From: a candidate division WWE3 bacterium
GTDB taxonomy: Bacteria > Patescibacteriota > 4484-211 > GCA-002791395
Assembly (NCBI GenBank): GCA_013335095.1
Contig: JAAXWF010000002.1
Span: forward strand, 205,566 to 269,565
DNA length: 64,000 nucleotides
Direction: 5' to 3'
Shown here: positions 38,010-48,037 of the stretch, one piece after another
How the letters are laid out: every line of letters starts with the position of its first letter
Position numbering within the stretch: the first letter of the stretch is position 1
The notes under the pieces: model-generated
Databases searched by the model: none
What the model saw: the letters and a program-made list of their open reading frames with translations, nothing else
Told to the model about the DNA's origin: nothing
Made by a program: the position numbers and the translations under genes

Positions 38010-41000
38010 TTATCGTAAAAGCGGCATCAGTGCATTTATCCATGTTTGAGCAATTTTTTCGTGTGCAGATTCGGTCGGGTGAACATCATCGTACAGATCA
38101 TTTATGGTAATTGAATGATAAATATCAGCAAAGCCGATTCGTTTACCTGATGCTTTATACTGCGCCACTTTTGCCTGAATCAATTGATTGTATTGGGTTC
38201 CAAGAGAGTCACGATCAGTGCCTTGCGCATTCGCACCTTTCATCGGGGTGATTGACCCGACAACGATAATGGCATTGGGATTAACCGCATATATTCGATC
38301 AATAATTTCACTAAATGTTCCATTTACAACGTTCGAGACATTATCGGTAAACCACCACGCGAAATCATTGACACCAGCCATAAGTAAAACCACATCAGGA
38401 CGGTATGTATTCATTCGATCGGTCATCTCATCAGCGATATTGCCGGTATTGTATCCGGGAGTACCCTGATGATCCTTATCTGCAACACGGGTATATTGAT
38501 CGTAGCGAGACCCAACCATATCAACCGAATACCCAGCAGATTTTAGGCTTGTATACACGCCGTTACGATATCCACCGTTCACACCTTCGGTAACAGAATC
38601 ACCGAGCGGCATGACCTTCAAGGACCCAGAACCAGCAGGTACAGTCGGTACAATACTGGGTGTTATCGTTGGCGTGATGCGGTTTGTTGGGATTGGAGTC
38701 GCAGTAGGTAGAGGAGTTACCGTTGGTGCTCGTGTCGGTGTAGGTGTCGGTCCGGTTAACGGGCCACCGACCAAAGAGATATCGTCGACAAAAAAGGTCG
38801 GTTGAGATTTTTCAATCGCACTTTGTAGTAGAATTCCATTGATCTTAGATGGCTGACCTAAATTACTAAAAGGAACTTCTATAAGCATCCATTCATTTGC
38901 TTTAAGTAAGGGCAACTGATAGCGCTGATACGGTGTATTAACATCATCGTAAAAGTACAACTGTAGTGCCTGATTGCCGGAAGTGCCTCCGTGTATCCAA
39001 AAGCGCAGCAGGTTATACGACGAGACATCCAGTCCCGCGGCGTATTTAAAATTAATTGCCGCCCACGGATCAAAAAATGTTGATGAAATTGACTTGCCTG
39101 AGCGCACAGGAGTTGTATTACTATAATTATTTGTCGATCCCCATGATGAATCAGTAAAACCAGTTCCAAGGGTATCGTTATATACGATTTGCGATCGGCT
39201 GGATGTATTAGGATGATTTTCATAAACACCAATTAAAATCCCTAAATCATACACATTTATGCTTCCATCCTTATTTATGTCGCTCCGGGATAATTGTAAA
39301 TTAGCCGGATCATCGCTCGTTCGGCGATTGTAATTGGCCGATAAAATACCCAAATCAAAAACATCAATAGCGCCATCTCGGTTTATGTCCGCAATCAAAG
39401 GATCGCTAATCGGCGTTGGGGTTGCAGGTATCCCAGTTGGAGTGGTTCGAATTGGAGTGACCGTTGGCGCCGAAGTTGGAACTGTCCCACCAGTGGCAGA
39501 CGAAAGGACTATTGAAGTCGCCGACCAGGCAGGAAATGTGTATGAGAATTGATTACCAGATACCGCCAAGCTTGTTGGTTTTATTTGCCCGACAGATGTG
39601 TCAATGGTGTCGGAAACTAATTTAATTCCGTTTATGGTAGTCGGAGCCGATTCAGTATTTGATATTGAAGACAAATCAGTAGGGTTAGAACTAGTCATCT
39701 GATAAAGCTGCCCACCTGATGCATTAAATGAGCCTAAATTTATTGAAGTCGATTGGTTGCTTGCGGTCATATTAGTGACCATTAATTTCAGTTTTCCAGG
39801 ATCCTTAGCATCAGTTGATGCCCAGATTGATACCTGCGCTTCATTAGATGAAGAACTCTTAACCATGCGATCACCAAAGTACTTTGCATACATTAAATAG
39901 GTATAGTAGGTGGGTCGTAGAGCTACCCGAGACGGCGGATCATCAGTTGCATAGACCATTGATAACCCTTGAGTTGCATAGCCTTCGTACATAGTGACAA
40001 AATCGACACCGTTGTACGCCAAGCGTCCTAACACATCGGCAAACCACAGCGCAGTTAAATGATTCCCATTAAGTACGCTGTCGTAATCACAGGCATCAAA
40101 GTTTAATTCGGTTACCCCTTGTAATGTAGTTGGATAAGAATTTAATACATCAGACTCAATCCATTTCGGATAAATTTGTGCGAAGTTTCGATACTCTGGA
40201 TTTCGCCAATCTTCACGTGCAACGTTTGCACCTAAGGAGTATGCGGTTATACCGTTAATGCCGCTATCATTGTTACACCGTTGATACCAATGCCATGTTA
40301 ATCCGTTAAGATCTTGGCCCGCGTTTCGGGTGGCTGAAAGCATTTCAGGAATAAATGGGTTAATAATTCGGGCACTGGTGTTTGGTCCAGCTTGAACAGT
40401 ACTATACGCAATAGCCGGACCGCGAATTCCGATAGTTGAATCAACGCTACGCATAGCTTGTTGATAGGTGGCAGCCAGACGGCCAGATTCTTGAGCGGTT
40501 ACATTCTGTTCCGATGCATAATCTAATTCATTTCCAAGCTCCCAGTATTTAAAGTTCCATCCGCGTTCCTTGTTTGTGTATTTAACCATGTCTGCCCACA
40601 TCGATGGGTTTTCTTCGGCAATATTGACTTGAATCATGACATCTGCCTGAATGGCATCAGCAAACGCATTTAGATCTTCCATTTCATCGGTACCGTAATG
40701 ATAGGTATAGGTATTTCCCAATGAATCACGCCATTCTACAGCGCCCCGTTTTTGGGTGGTGCGATCCCAGCCGACGTCATTACTAACCAGTCCGCCAGCA
40801 TATCGTACGAGTCCTGGTTTTATTTGTCGCATGACTTGAGTCAGTCCAGGAATTTTACCAACAAAAGGTCGTCCCCAATTGTGATCCCAATTTACAAAGC
40901 TAACTCCACGCATAGAGTCATTAAATTGATTGACCTGAACGGACGGATCAACGGTAAGCGAAATAATAGATTGAGCAGACGCCCGATCCTTACGATTTAA

Positions 41001-41126
41001 CAATGAGAAGACATCTTGATTTGTGGGTAATGTTGCAACACCTGTTAAAAATAAGGAGACCCCAACTAAGAAAAACGCAGCGGCTGTTATTCCCCAATGT
41101 TTTTTTGTACGTATTGTATTTCGCAT
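38010..41126 (-). CDS. Multimodular CAZyme: clan GH-A hydrolase (GH44/51/79-like) + dockerin + CBM-like module + SGNH esterase
   Basis: RYAGG, YWELGNE, VTELN; dockerin repeats; LRFWIHGG module; GDSVT/AGVND/DDVHP SGNH blocks; PT linkers. Confidence 0.85.
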   Translation of the reverse strand: MRNTIRTKKHWGITAAAFFLVGVSLFLTGVATLPTNQDVFSLLNRKDRASAQSIISLTVDPSVQVNQFNDSMRGVSFVNWDHNWGRPFVGKIPGLTQVMRQIKPGLVRYAGGLVSNDVGWDRTTQKRGAVEWRDSLGNTYTYHYGTDEMEDLNAFADAIQADVMIQVNIAEENPSMWADMVKYTNKERGWNFKYWELGNELDYASEQNVTAQESGRLAATYQQAMRSVDSTIGIRGPAIAYSTVQAGPNTSARIINPFIPEMLSATRNAGQDLNGLTWHWYQRCNNDSGINGITAYSLGANVAREDWRNPEYRNFAQIYPKWIESDVLNSYPTTLQGVTELNFDACDYDSVLNGNHLTALWFADVLGRLAYNGVDFVTMYEGYATQGLSMVYATDDPPSRVALRPTYYTYLMYAKYFGDRMVKSSSSNEAQVSIWASTDAKDPGKLKLMVTNMTASNQSTSINLGSFNASGGQLYQMTSSNPTDLSSISNTESAPTTINGIKLVSDTIDTSVGQIKPTSLAVSGNQFSYTFPAWSATSIVLSSATGGTVPTSAPTVTPIRTTPTGIPATPTPISDPLIADINRDGAIDVFDLGILSANYNRRTSDDPANLQLSRSDINKDGSINVYDLGILIGVYENHPNTSSRSQIVYNDTLGTGFTDSSWGSTNNYSNTTPVRSGKSISSTFFDPWAAINFKYAAGLDVSSYNLLRFWIHGGTSGNQALQLYFYDDVNTPYQRYQLPLLKANEWMLIEVPFSNLGQPSKINGILLQSAIEKSQPTFFVDDISLVGGPLTGPTPTPTRAPTVTPLPTATPIPTNRITPTITPSIVPTVPAGSGSLKVMPLGDSVTEGVNGGYRNGVYTSLKSAGYSVDMVGSRYDQYTRVADKDHQGTPGYNTGNIADEMTDRMNTYRPDVVLLMAGVNDFAWWFTDNVSNVVNGTFSEIIDRIYAVNPNAIIVVGSITPMKGANAQGTDRDSLGTQYNQLIQAKVAQYKASGKRIGFADIYHSITINDLYDDVHPTESAHEKIAQTWINALMPLLR

Positions 41127-41216
41127 TATCTTTCAAATACTCAAACTTCGTTTGAGCTGATTATATTAAAAACTATTGTTAAAGGCGATAAACGTATCCT
41201 TTGGTACAATGAAAAG

Positions 41217-41792
41217 CTATTTTACACTCGTTAATGTATGTACTATTTCTTCCGCAATAAGTACATTTTCGGAGTTTCGAGAAACATTTACCTGATTGGG
41301 GTCATTAACAGGAAATAGGGCAGTAACATATTCACCTTCACCAATAACAAAAACGTATACGTCGTTAATACGGTCGCCGCCGAATGCATCTCGGGTAATA
41401 TAGGTAGTAATTCCATTTATTTTAGTCTCTTCATATCCTTGAGGACCTGGCGAAAAGGCTTCTCCGAGGGAATCATCAAAATATGAAAACGTTATGGATT
41501 GATAGCTACCATCTTTTTTACCCACATACGGAAATCCATCGGGCTCGAATGAACTAGTTCCGCTGATCGTCACAGCCCAATCTGATGGATATTTGAATGA
41601 ATAATTATAGGTATTGCTTTTATACTCAAGCCAATCAGCATGTGGCGCAGTAGTGATTGTCGGCGAATTAGGGGAGTTATTTGAAGTATCAGGTGAAGAA
41701 AAAAACTGGAGCCAAATAATAAATCCAATAATCCCAAGAACAACAACAGCGGCTAGGGTCTCAAGCAGTAAAAATCCACGAGTATTAGTCAT
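41217..41792 (-). CDS. Pilin-like (class III signal) protein with PsbP-like domain
   Basis: RGF-LLLETL; WLEYKSNTYNYSFKYPSDW. Confidence 0.75.
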   Translation of the reverse strand: MTNTRGFLLLETLAAVVVLGIIGFIIWLQFFSSPDTSNNSPNSPTITTAPHADWLEYKSNTYNYSFKYPSDWAVTISGTSSFEPDGFPYVGKKDGSYQSITFSYFDDSLGEAFSPGPQGYEETKINGITTYITRDAFGGDRINDVYVFVIGEGEYVTALFPVNDPNQVNVSRNSENVLIAEEIVHTLTSVK

Positions 41793-41850
41793 TACTCAAT
41801 TAAGGCTATCAAATTAGAAAAATCACGTCAACAGAGGAATTACGAAAACA

Positions 41851-41926
41851 TGGTGCCAAGGGAGGGAATCGAACCCCCATAAGTGGTTCTTCAGACCACC
41901 GCATTGACCAACTTTGCTACCTTGGC
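41851..41926 (-). tRNA. tRNA-Phe (GAA)
   Basis: Cloverleaf GCCAAGG...CCTTGGC-ACCA; anticodon arm GTGGT-CTGAAGA-ACCAC; GGTTCGATTCC. Confidence 0.95.
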
Positions 41927-42035
41927 GTATCTAGGTATTGTACCAAAAACTTCCAAATGTGACGATGATTACCATATAGGACGATGGGTAGATTGACAAA
42001 CTATTCCTAATAAAACAATAATAGGAAGAACACGT

Positions 42036-44030
42036 ATGGACACGGAACAAAGAAAACCTCAGGGTTTGTTTAAATTACCTCCTACATCGTCATACCATGA
42101 TCTACCTATATTTATATCGCTGTTAACCGTAATGGCGTTCTTAGCAATCGGTTTTTCATTCCCGATTGGCGATAACTTATTTGGATTCTTATTCCCGAAA
42201 CCTCAATCCCATGCGGCACAGTCTGGAACGGCATTAAAAGACAATACCATTGCAATACCATTAGTAATTGATGCGCCAAGAGCATTCAAAACGGCTAAAT
42301 TCACCGTAGTTGCACAAAATGGATCAATAGTAGGTGTAACTTGTGGACTGGGAACGTATACCGGAACAGAATCGAACAATGCCACCTGTACGGTCGAAGA
42401 CAGCCAACTCAGCACAACAACGGGTCAACGTACCGTTGGATATGTCAGCGTAAATGGAACAGGGGCGTTGGGTGCGGTACTTAAAATAACCGGATCAAAT
42501 GTAGAAGTAAAAGATATAAATAATGCCGTCATTACCGGCGCATCCTTAGTCGAAAGTAACTACACCATAGCTTCAACGCTTCCCATTAATCAACGAGTTT
42601 ATTTCCCGCTTCAATTCCATTCATCAACGAGAATCACCGCCGCCGAATTTTCACCAGTATTAAGTAGTTCAATGACCGCAACTGGCCGAGCTATAACTTG
42701 TGGTGGGGATGGTTTTGTCGATTCGGGAGTAAGTAGCAGTACACGATGCGTAATCTTTTATCCAGTAACCGATGCCGACCGCACAAACGGTACCGTAGGA
42801 TCAACCGGGGGAGTTGTCGGTATATTCACTTTCACACCAACTGTAACCGGCACATTTACCGTCGACATGCAGAATATTAAATTAAGTGATGCCAATGGTA
42901 CTGCAACTGCAGCAACGTTTGCTCAAATAAATGCAACGGTGGCAAATGTATCAAGCGTATCGCCAACAGCAGCAACAACGCCAACAAGTACACCCACACC
43001 GACCGCAACCCCAACACCAACATCAGCACCGGTTGATGGAGGCTTAAGTGCCGACCAAATATCTGCAACATCGCCCACGTTCGATTCAAACGTAACCGTA
43101 AGTGGCACAAAACCACAGGGAGTATCTGTTGTCTTAATAATGAACGATGGCAACGAAATCGTCGTTGAATCAAATACAGGAGCAACTACCTGGTCAACAA
43201 CCCAGACACTCGGATTAGGTGAAAACACCTTAGTGTTTAAGACTAAAGAAGGGTCTACAGTTAAAAATACGATCACTATAAGTATAAACCGCTATGGACT
43301 TGGCGATATAAACTCAAGCGGCCGAGTCGATGTATTTGATTTGGGTATATTTTCGGGAAATTATGGAACCGCACTTCAACAATCGACAACAAGCACACAA
43401 CGCCTCAGCGATATGAAGAAAGATCAACAGATTGATGTGTTTGATTTAGGCGTCTTTGCCGGAGTTTATGGAAATACATACGCTTATGATGGTTCTGCTC
43501 CGACACCAACTCTAACACCAACAGGATCACCAAGTAGAACCCCCACCCCAACTCCATCAGCGACACCGACTCCAACAGCCGCAGTTGCAAATCAAATGAT
43601 TTTATATAGCGATAGCATTGCTTCTGGAGGAGATAACTGGTCATGGAACTCAACCATTAATGTAAGCAACACGAGTCCCTCACGGAGCGGAAATTCGGTA
43701 GCGGTGACTCATAATCAGGCATGGGGAGGATTTTATCTTCGCTTTAGTAATGGTATCGACCTCGCAGAGTATGATCGGATTCGTTTCTATATCCATGGAG
43801 GCAGTACCGGCAGTCAGAACATCGTATTTGAGCTGTATGATGAAGCTGGAGAACCTATTGATTCTATTGAAATAACACCACCTCAAGCCCAAACCTGGCA
43901 AATGGTTGAAATCACGCTATCCGATTTAGGTAGCCCAAGTAAAGCGTGGGGATTCGTCTGGCAAGATAACAGCGGCGGATCACTCCCACAATATTATTTA
44001 GACGATATAATGCTCGTAAAAGGCAACTAA
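42036..44030 (+). CDS. Scaffoldin-like surface protein: two cohesin-like modules, Ig-like module, dockerin and CBM-like module
   Basis: TM helix; IAIPLVID.. and VYFPLQF..AAEF..VVGIFTFT..GTFTV..KLSDANG modules; dockerin repeats; IRFYIHGG module. Confidence 0.7.
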   Translation: MDTEQRKPQGLFKLPPTSSYHDLPIFISLLTVMAFLAIGFSFPIGDNLFGFLFPKPQSHAAQSGTALKDNTIAIPLVIDAPRAFKTAKFTVVAQNGSIVGVTCGLGTYTGTESNNATCTVEDSQLSTTTGQRTVGYVSVNGTGALGAVLKITGSNVEVKDINNAVITGASLVESNYTIASTLPINQRVYFPLQFHSSTRITAAEFSPVLSSSMTATGRAITCGGDGFVDSGVSSSTRCVIFYPVTDADRTNGTVGSTGGVVGIFTFTPTVTGTFTVDMQNIKLSDANGTATAATFAQINATVANVSSVSPTAATTPTSTPTPTATPTPTSAPVDGGLSADQISATSPTFDSNVTVSGTKPQGVSVVLIMNDGNEIVVESNTGATTWSTTQTLGLGENTLVFKTKEGSTVKNTITISINRYGLGDINSSGRVDVFDLGIFSGNYGTALQQSTTSTQRLSDMKKDQQIDVFDLGVFAGVYGNTYAYDGSAPTPTLTPTGSPSRTPTPTPSATPTPTAAVANQMILYSDSIASGGDNWSWNSTINVSNTSPSRSGNSVAVTHNQAWGGFYLRFSNGIDLAEYDRIRFYIHGGSTGSQNIVFELYDEAGEPIDSIEITPPQAQTWQMVEITLSDLGSPSKAWGFVWQDNSGGSLPQYYLDDIMLVKGN

Positions 44031-44111
44031 TATCGTTATCCATAATTCATCTATCACCTATTTTCATGAATAAATTATTTAACTTTGAAAAATAGAAACA
44101 TAACTACGACT

Positions 44112-45371
44112 ATGAAAAGAGTCACGACACAAAAGTTTATATATACTTCCCGCTTACGCTTTTTAGTGATAGTCATAGTCATTGGTGCGTCATTACTGTG
44201 GATGTACCAGGAATACCAAACATATACCCACACCCCCCTAACCTGGTACGTTTCACCCCAAGGAAATGATGCATTGGATGGAAGGACCGAAATGAATGCA
44301 TTTGCGACCATACAACAGGCTATTAACACATCCCAATCGGGCGACACGATCTATTTATTACCCGGAGAATATTTGCAAGATATAAAAACAGTTCGCAGTG
44401 GACGCAAAAATAAACCGATTACGATAACAGGAGATAAAACAGCGGTCGTACGAGGTGGCGGAAGACCCCGGGTTATTGAGATACAACATAGTTACATTAC
44501 CGTAAACGGATTTACCGTGGATGGTTTGTTTGGAGATGGTTCAAAATCGAGTGGATACCGGGAAAAGCTCATCTACATTATGAATTCGAATAATCGCAGC
44601 GGAATTTCAAACGTGAAGATCCTCGGGATGCACGTAAAAAATTCGGGAGGGGAGTGCATTCGTGTCCGTTACTTTGCTCATGATATTGAGATAGCATACT
44701 CATACATCTACCGATGTGGGGTATACGATTATGCGTTTGAGAATGGCGGGCAAAATGGCGAAGGGATCTATATAGGTACGGCTCCCGAACAAGAAGGCAA
44801 AGGTGGAGCGCCGTCAAAAGATCACGATAATTCCAGAAATATTACCATACACCACAACATAATCGATCCCGAAGGAAGTGAATGCGTTAATGTTAAAGAA
44901 AGTTCTCACCATGTCGCCATCATCAACAACAGATGCCTTAGTCAATGGGATCGTAATAGTGCAGGATTTGATATTCGAGGAGCATGCACAATCATTGCCA
45001 ACAATGAAATAGGAGACAGCTCAAAACGTCCTCTCCTTGGAGCGACAATACGAATTGGCGCCCAAAAAGATTTTCAGGCACCATTTACTGATATCAAAAA
45101 CAACCTCATGGTTAATTATCAATATGAAACCGCGGTTAAATATCCGACTCAAGAAAGACCTGGAAAAATCTGTGGTAATACAAATCCAACAATGGTAGAC
45201 AAATTCGACGAACAGTTTTCTGATTATCCGGCAATAATAAATCAAGCAACCTGCACCCAAGGTAACACTACAATAGGAACTTATGGATGCATAGGGCCAG
45301 ATTGTGCTGTAGAGCCGTTAGCAAACGAAATTCAAATACCATCCCAACCTGACTGTATTAGCTGGGAATAA
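44112..45371 (+). CDS. Right-handed parallel beta-helix protein (DUF1565/pectate lyase-like)
   Basis: WYVSPQGND...FATIQQAI...GDTIYLLPGEY; GEGIYIG; ECVNVKE; N-terminal TM helix. Confidence 0.82.
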   Translation: MKRVTTQKFIYTSRLRFLVIVIVIGASLLWMYQEYQTYTHTPLTWYVSPQGNDALDGRTEMNAFATIQQAINTSQSGDTIYLLPGEYLQDIKTVRSGRKNKPITITGDKTAVVRGGGRPRVIEIQHSYITVNGFTVDGLFGDGSKSSGYREKLIYIMNSNNRSGISNVKILGMHVKNSGGECIRVRYFAHDIEIAYSYIYRCGVYDYAFENGGQNGEGIYIGTAPEQEGKGGAPSKDHDNSRNITIHHNIIDPEGSECVNVKESSHHVAIINNRCLSQWDRNSAGFDIRGACTIIANNEIGDSSKRPLLGATIRIGAQKDFQAPFTDIKNNLMVNYQYETAVKYPTQERPGKICGNTNPTMVDKFDEQFSDYPAIINQATCTQGNTTIGTYGCIGPDCAVEPLANEIQIPSQPDCISWE

Positions 45372-45536
45372 TAGTAGACAACTTTACACCTAGACTTTAA
45401 TTATCCAATCATTTACACTGATTTACATAAAGATAAAAGGACAGTGATCAAGCGGGTGCGCACCTGCCTAAAATGTACAACAACCAAGTAGACAAATAAC
45501 GACCAATACAAAGAAATAACAGGGGGTGAATTACAT

Positions 45537-45965
45537 ATGATGACTCAACCAATACTACCAACAAAGCAACGGTTACAACCACATACACCACGCCGTAAAA
45601 CATCACGTGCGGCAGTCGGATTTGCTTCACCAGCCAGTGATTTCATCGAGCGGAACTTAGACCTAAATGTACTGCTCATAAAGCATCCGGCGGCGACATT
45701 TTTTGTTAGGGTTGAAGGAAATGCTATGGAAGATGCCGGGATTAACGAGGGCGACATCCTCATCGTTGATCGATCAACAAAGCCATCGACCGATCAAGTA
45801 GTCATTGCCGCACTCAATGGTGAACTAGTTGTACGAACAATGAAAACGACTTCTAACGGGATTTTATTAGTCGCAAATAAAAGCCGACGACCAACAATCC
45901 ATCTCTCCGACCAAGACCAGTTTGAAGTATGGGGTACGGTGACCTCTGTTGTTCATCGCGTTTAA
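45537..45965 (+). CDS. umuD: UmuD-like DNA polymerase V accessory subunit (catalytic dyad substituted)
   Basis: GFASPASDF...LDLN..LIKHPAATFFVRV.G..M...GDILIVDR...VWGTV; directly upstream of umuC. Confidence 0.88.
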   Translation: MMTQPILPTKQRLQPHTPRRKTSRAAVGFASPASDFIERNLDLNVLLIKHPAATFFVRVEGNAMEDAGINEGDILIVDRSTKPSTDQVVIAALNGELVVRTMKTTSNGILLVANKSRRPTIHLSDQDQFEVWGTVTSVVHRV

Positions 45966-45969
45966 ATCC

Positions 45970-47250
45970 ATGAAAAAACCGATCTTTGCGGTAATAGATT
46001 GTAATAACTTTTTTGTTTCATGCGAGAGGGTATTTAATCCGAGCTTATGGAACAAGCCGGTACTAGTCCTTTCAAATAATGATGGATGTATCGTATCTCG
46101 GTCCAACGAAGTCAAAGCATTAGGAATACCGATGGGGGCACCATTATTTGAACATACACATGTCGTCAAACAACATCAGGTAACCGTTTTTTCGGCAAAC
46201 TTTCTTTTATACGGAGATATGTCTCAGCGGGTTATTTCAATCATCTCGATGTTTGCGCCTCAAATTGAGGTCTATTCAATCGATGAAGCATTTATTTGCC
46301 TCGACGAGATACCTGATCAAAGTTTTCAAGAATATGGAGAAACTATTCGGAATACAATTTACCAATGGACAGGGATACCGGTATCCGTCGGGATAGGCCC
46401 AACAAAAACGCTGGCCAAAGCTGCATCGGAATTAGCCAAAAAGGGAGCTGGGCACAATAATGTTTTAACACTTCTAGAGGAAAGTACTCAATCAGATCTA
46501 CTCTCAAAACTTGAAGTAGGGGATGTTTGGGGGATCGGGCGGAAATGGTCACAAACACTTCAGCGTCATGGCATTTATACTGCTCAGCAATTACGCCAAA
46601 CAAATGATCGATGGGTTCGGAAACAATTAGGAATCGTTGGATTACGTACGGCCTTGGAGCTTCAGGGAATTGTGTGTCTTAGATTAGAACCAGAACTACG
46701 TCCACGCAAAGGGATCATCAGCTCGCGCTCATTTGGAAGGCCGGTGTCCGATATCAAAGAAATGAAAGAGGCTGTTTCACAATATGCCTCACGTGCATCT
46801 GAAAAATTAAGGGAGCAGAATTCCATCGCAGCAACAGTAAGTGTCTACATCACCACAAATCGATTTAATAATAATGACCCGCAATATTCCAACAGCATTA
46901 CCATTCCGTTGCCAATACCAACCGATTACACCCCCGAAATTATTCGCCATGCTCTCACCGGACTTACTCGCATATTTCGCCCGGGATATCGGTATAAAAA
47001 AGCAGTTGTGGGACTCCAGCACATCACCTCATCCGACCTGATTCAGTTAAATCTTTTTACCAAATCACCAAATATTTCAAAACGAACCCAGATTATGTCC
47101 TGCGTCGATACCATTAATCAGGCGTGGGGTGATCATATTATTCACAGTGCTGCAGCTGGCATTAAAAGGGACTGGAAGATGAAGCAAGATCAACGATCAC
47201 CTCGCTATACCACACATTGGGAGGAGCTACCCGTAGTTAAGGCGCACTAG
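45970..47250 (+). CDS. umuC: Y-family DNA polymerase V catalytic subunit
   Basis: DCNNFFVSCER, VLSNNDGC, YSIDEAF, SPRYTT.W. Confidence 0.95.
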   Translation: MKKPIFAVIDCNNFFVSCERVFNPSLWNKPVLVLSNNDGCIVSRSNEVKALGIPMGAPLFEHTHVVKQHQVTVFSANFLLYGDMSQRVISIISMFAPQIEVYSIDEAFICLDEIPDQSFQEYGETIRNTIYQWTGIPVSVGIGPTKTLAKAASELAKKGAGHNNVLTLLEESTQSDLLSKLEVGDVWGIGRKWSQTLQRHGIYTAQQLRQTNDRWVRKQLGIVGLRTALELQGIVCLRLEPELRPRKGIISSRSFGRPVSDIKEMKEAVSQYASRASEKLREQNSIAATVSVYITTNRFNNNDPQYSNSITIPLPIPTDYTPEIIRHALTGLTRIFRPGYRYKKAVVGLQHITSSDLIQLNLFTKSPNISKRTQIMSCVDTINQAWGDHIIHSAAAGIKRDWKMKQDQRSPRYTTHWEELPVVKAH

Positions 47251-47367
47251 CCTTGGTGGATTTAAGCCAAATAATAAAACACACAATCTTAAGATTTTCT
47301 TACATGGACATAGTACAATCCAGTTAATCGAATATACGGTTATCAGATCATAAAGGAGGTGATCTGG

Positions 47368-47913
47368 ATGATCACAGACGCTTCGAGTTCCAGGCTCTGT
47401 CTGGCGACACGCATGGAGGAAGATGAGCCCGCATCGATCTGGATACCGAGGAAGCTGATGCTTGAGTTGCGGTTGGATCTGTTGATCCTTTACCATTCAA
47501 GCATAGCGTTTAGTAAGGCCCAAATGTCCGCACTTCGACAAGTAAAACACGGACAGGTAATCTATCTTGACGGGGCTATCCCTATAACCCCTCAAGAAAC
47601 ACGACGGCTCCAAATAGTATGGAGACACGTTCGTGATGCCGAAATACTATGGCAGAAGACATTTCGCATGGTAGAGCGGCAGATTATCAATCCCAGCTCA
47701 ATGGATGCGACGTCTGAAGAAATCGAATATCATACCTTCAGATATCTTTCCATGGGGGCGGTAAAACTCAGGAGGGCCAAGGCTCGGCTTAATCGAGTAA
47801 TCCGCACACTTGAGTCAGGACGGTTGTCGGCAACTCAAGTACGCAATATCCGCAAACACGATTTTCAGGTCGCGCTTTGGATAGCGTACTTACAGGCAGG
47901 ATGCGATCAATGA
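47368..47913 (+). CDS. Orphan hypothetical protein (SD-led unit)
   Basis: AAGGAGGTGA SD; terminator 47957-47988. Confidence 0.65.
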   Translation: MITDASSSRLCLATRMEEDEPASIWIPRKLMLELRLDLLILYHSSIAFSKAQMSALRQVKHGQVIYLDGAIPITPQETRRLQIVWRHVRDAEILWQKTFRMVERQIINPSSMDATSEEIEYHTFRYLSMGAVKLRRAKARLNRVIRTLESGRLSATQVRNIRKHDFQVALWIAYLQAGCDQ

Positions 47914-48037
47914 ACACATCAGGGCAACATCCGGCGCGGGTTCCCTACATCTAACCGCCGTCATGTAAACATTCATGGCGGCATTTTTATTTGAATCATT
48001 GCCAGAAAAGTTGGTTTGTGCTAATACATATAAATAT

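Noticed and set aside
42960-43580. ACACCAAC-type low-complexity repeats (also near 8750, 15830, 19900, 38650)
   Set aside because: Explained by Pro/Thr linker codons; not independent DNA repeats
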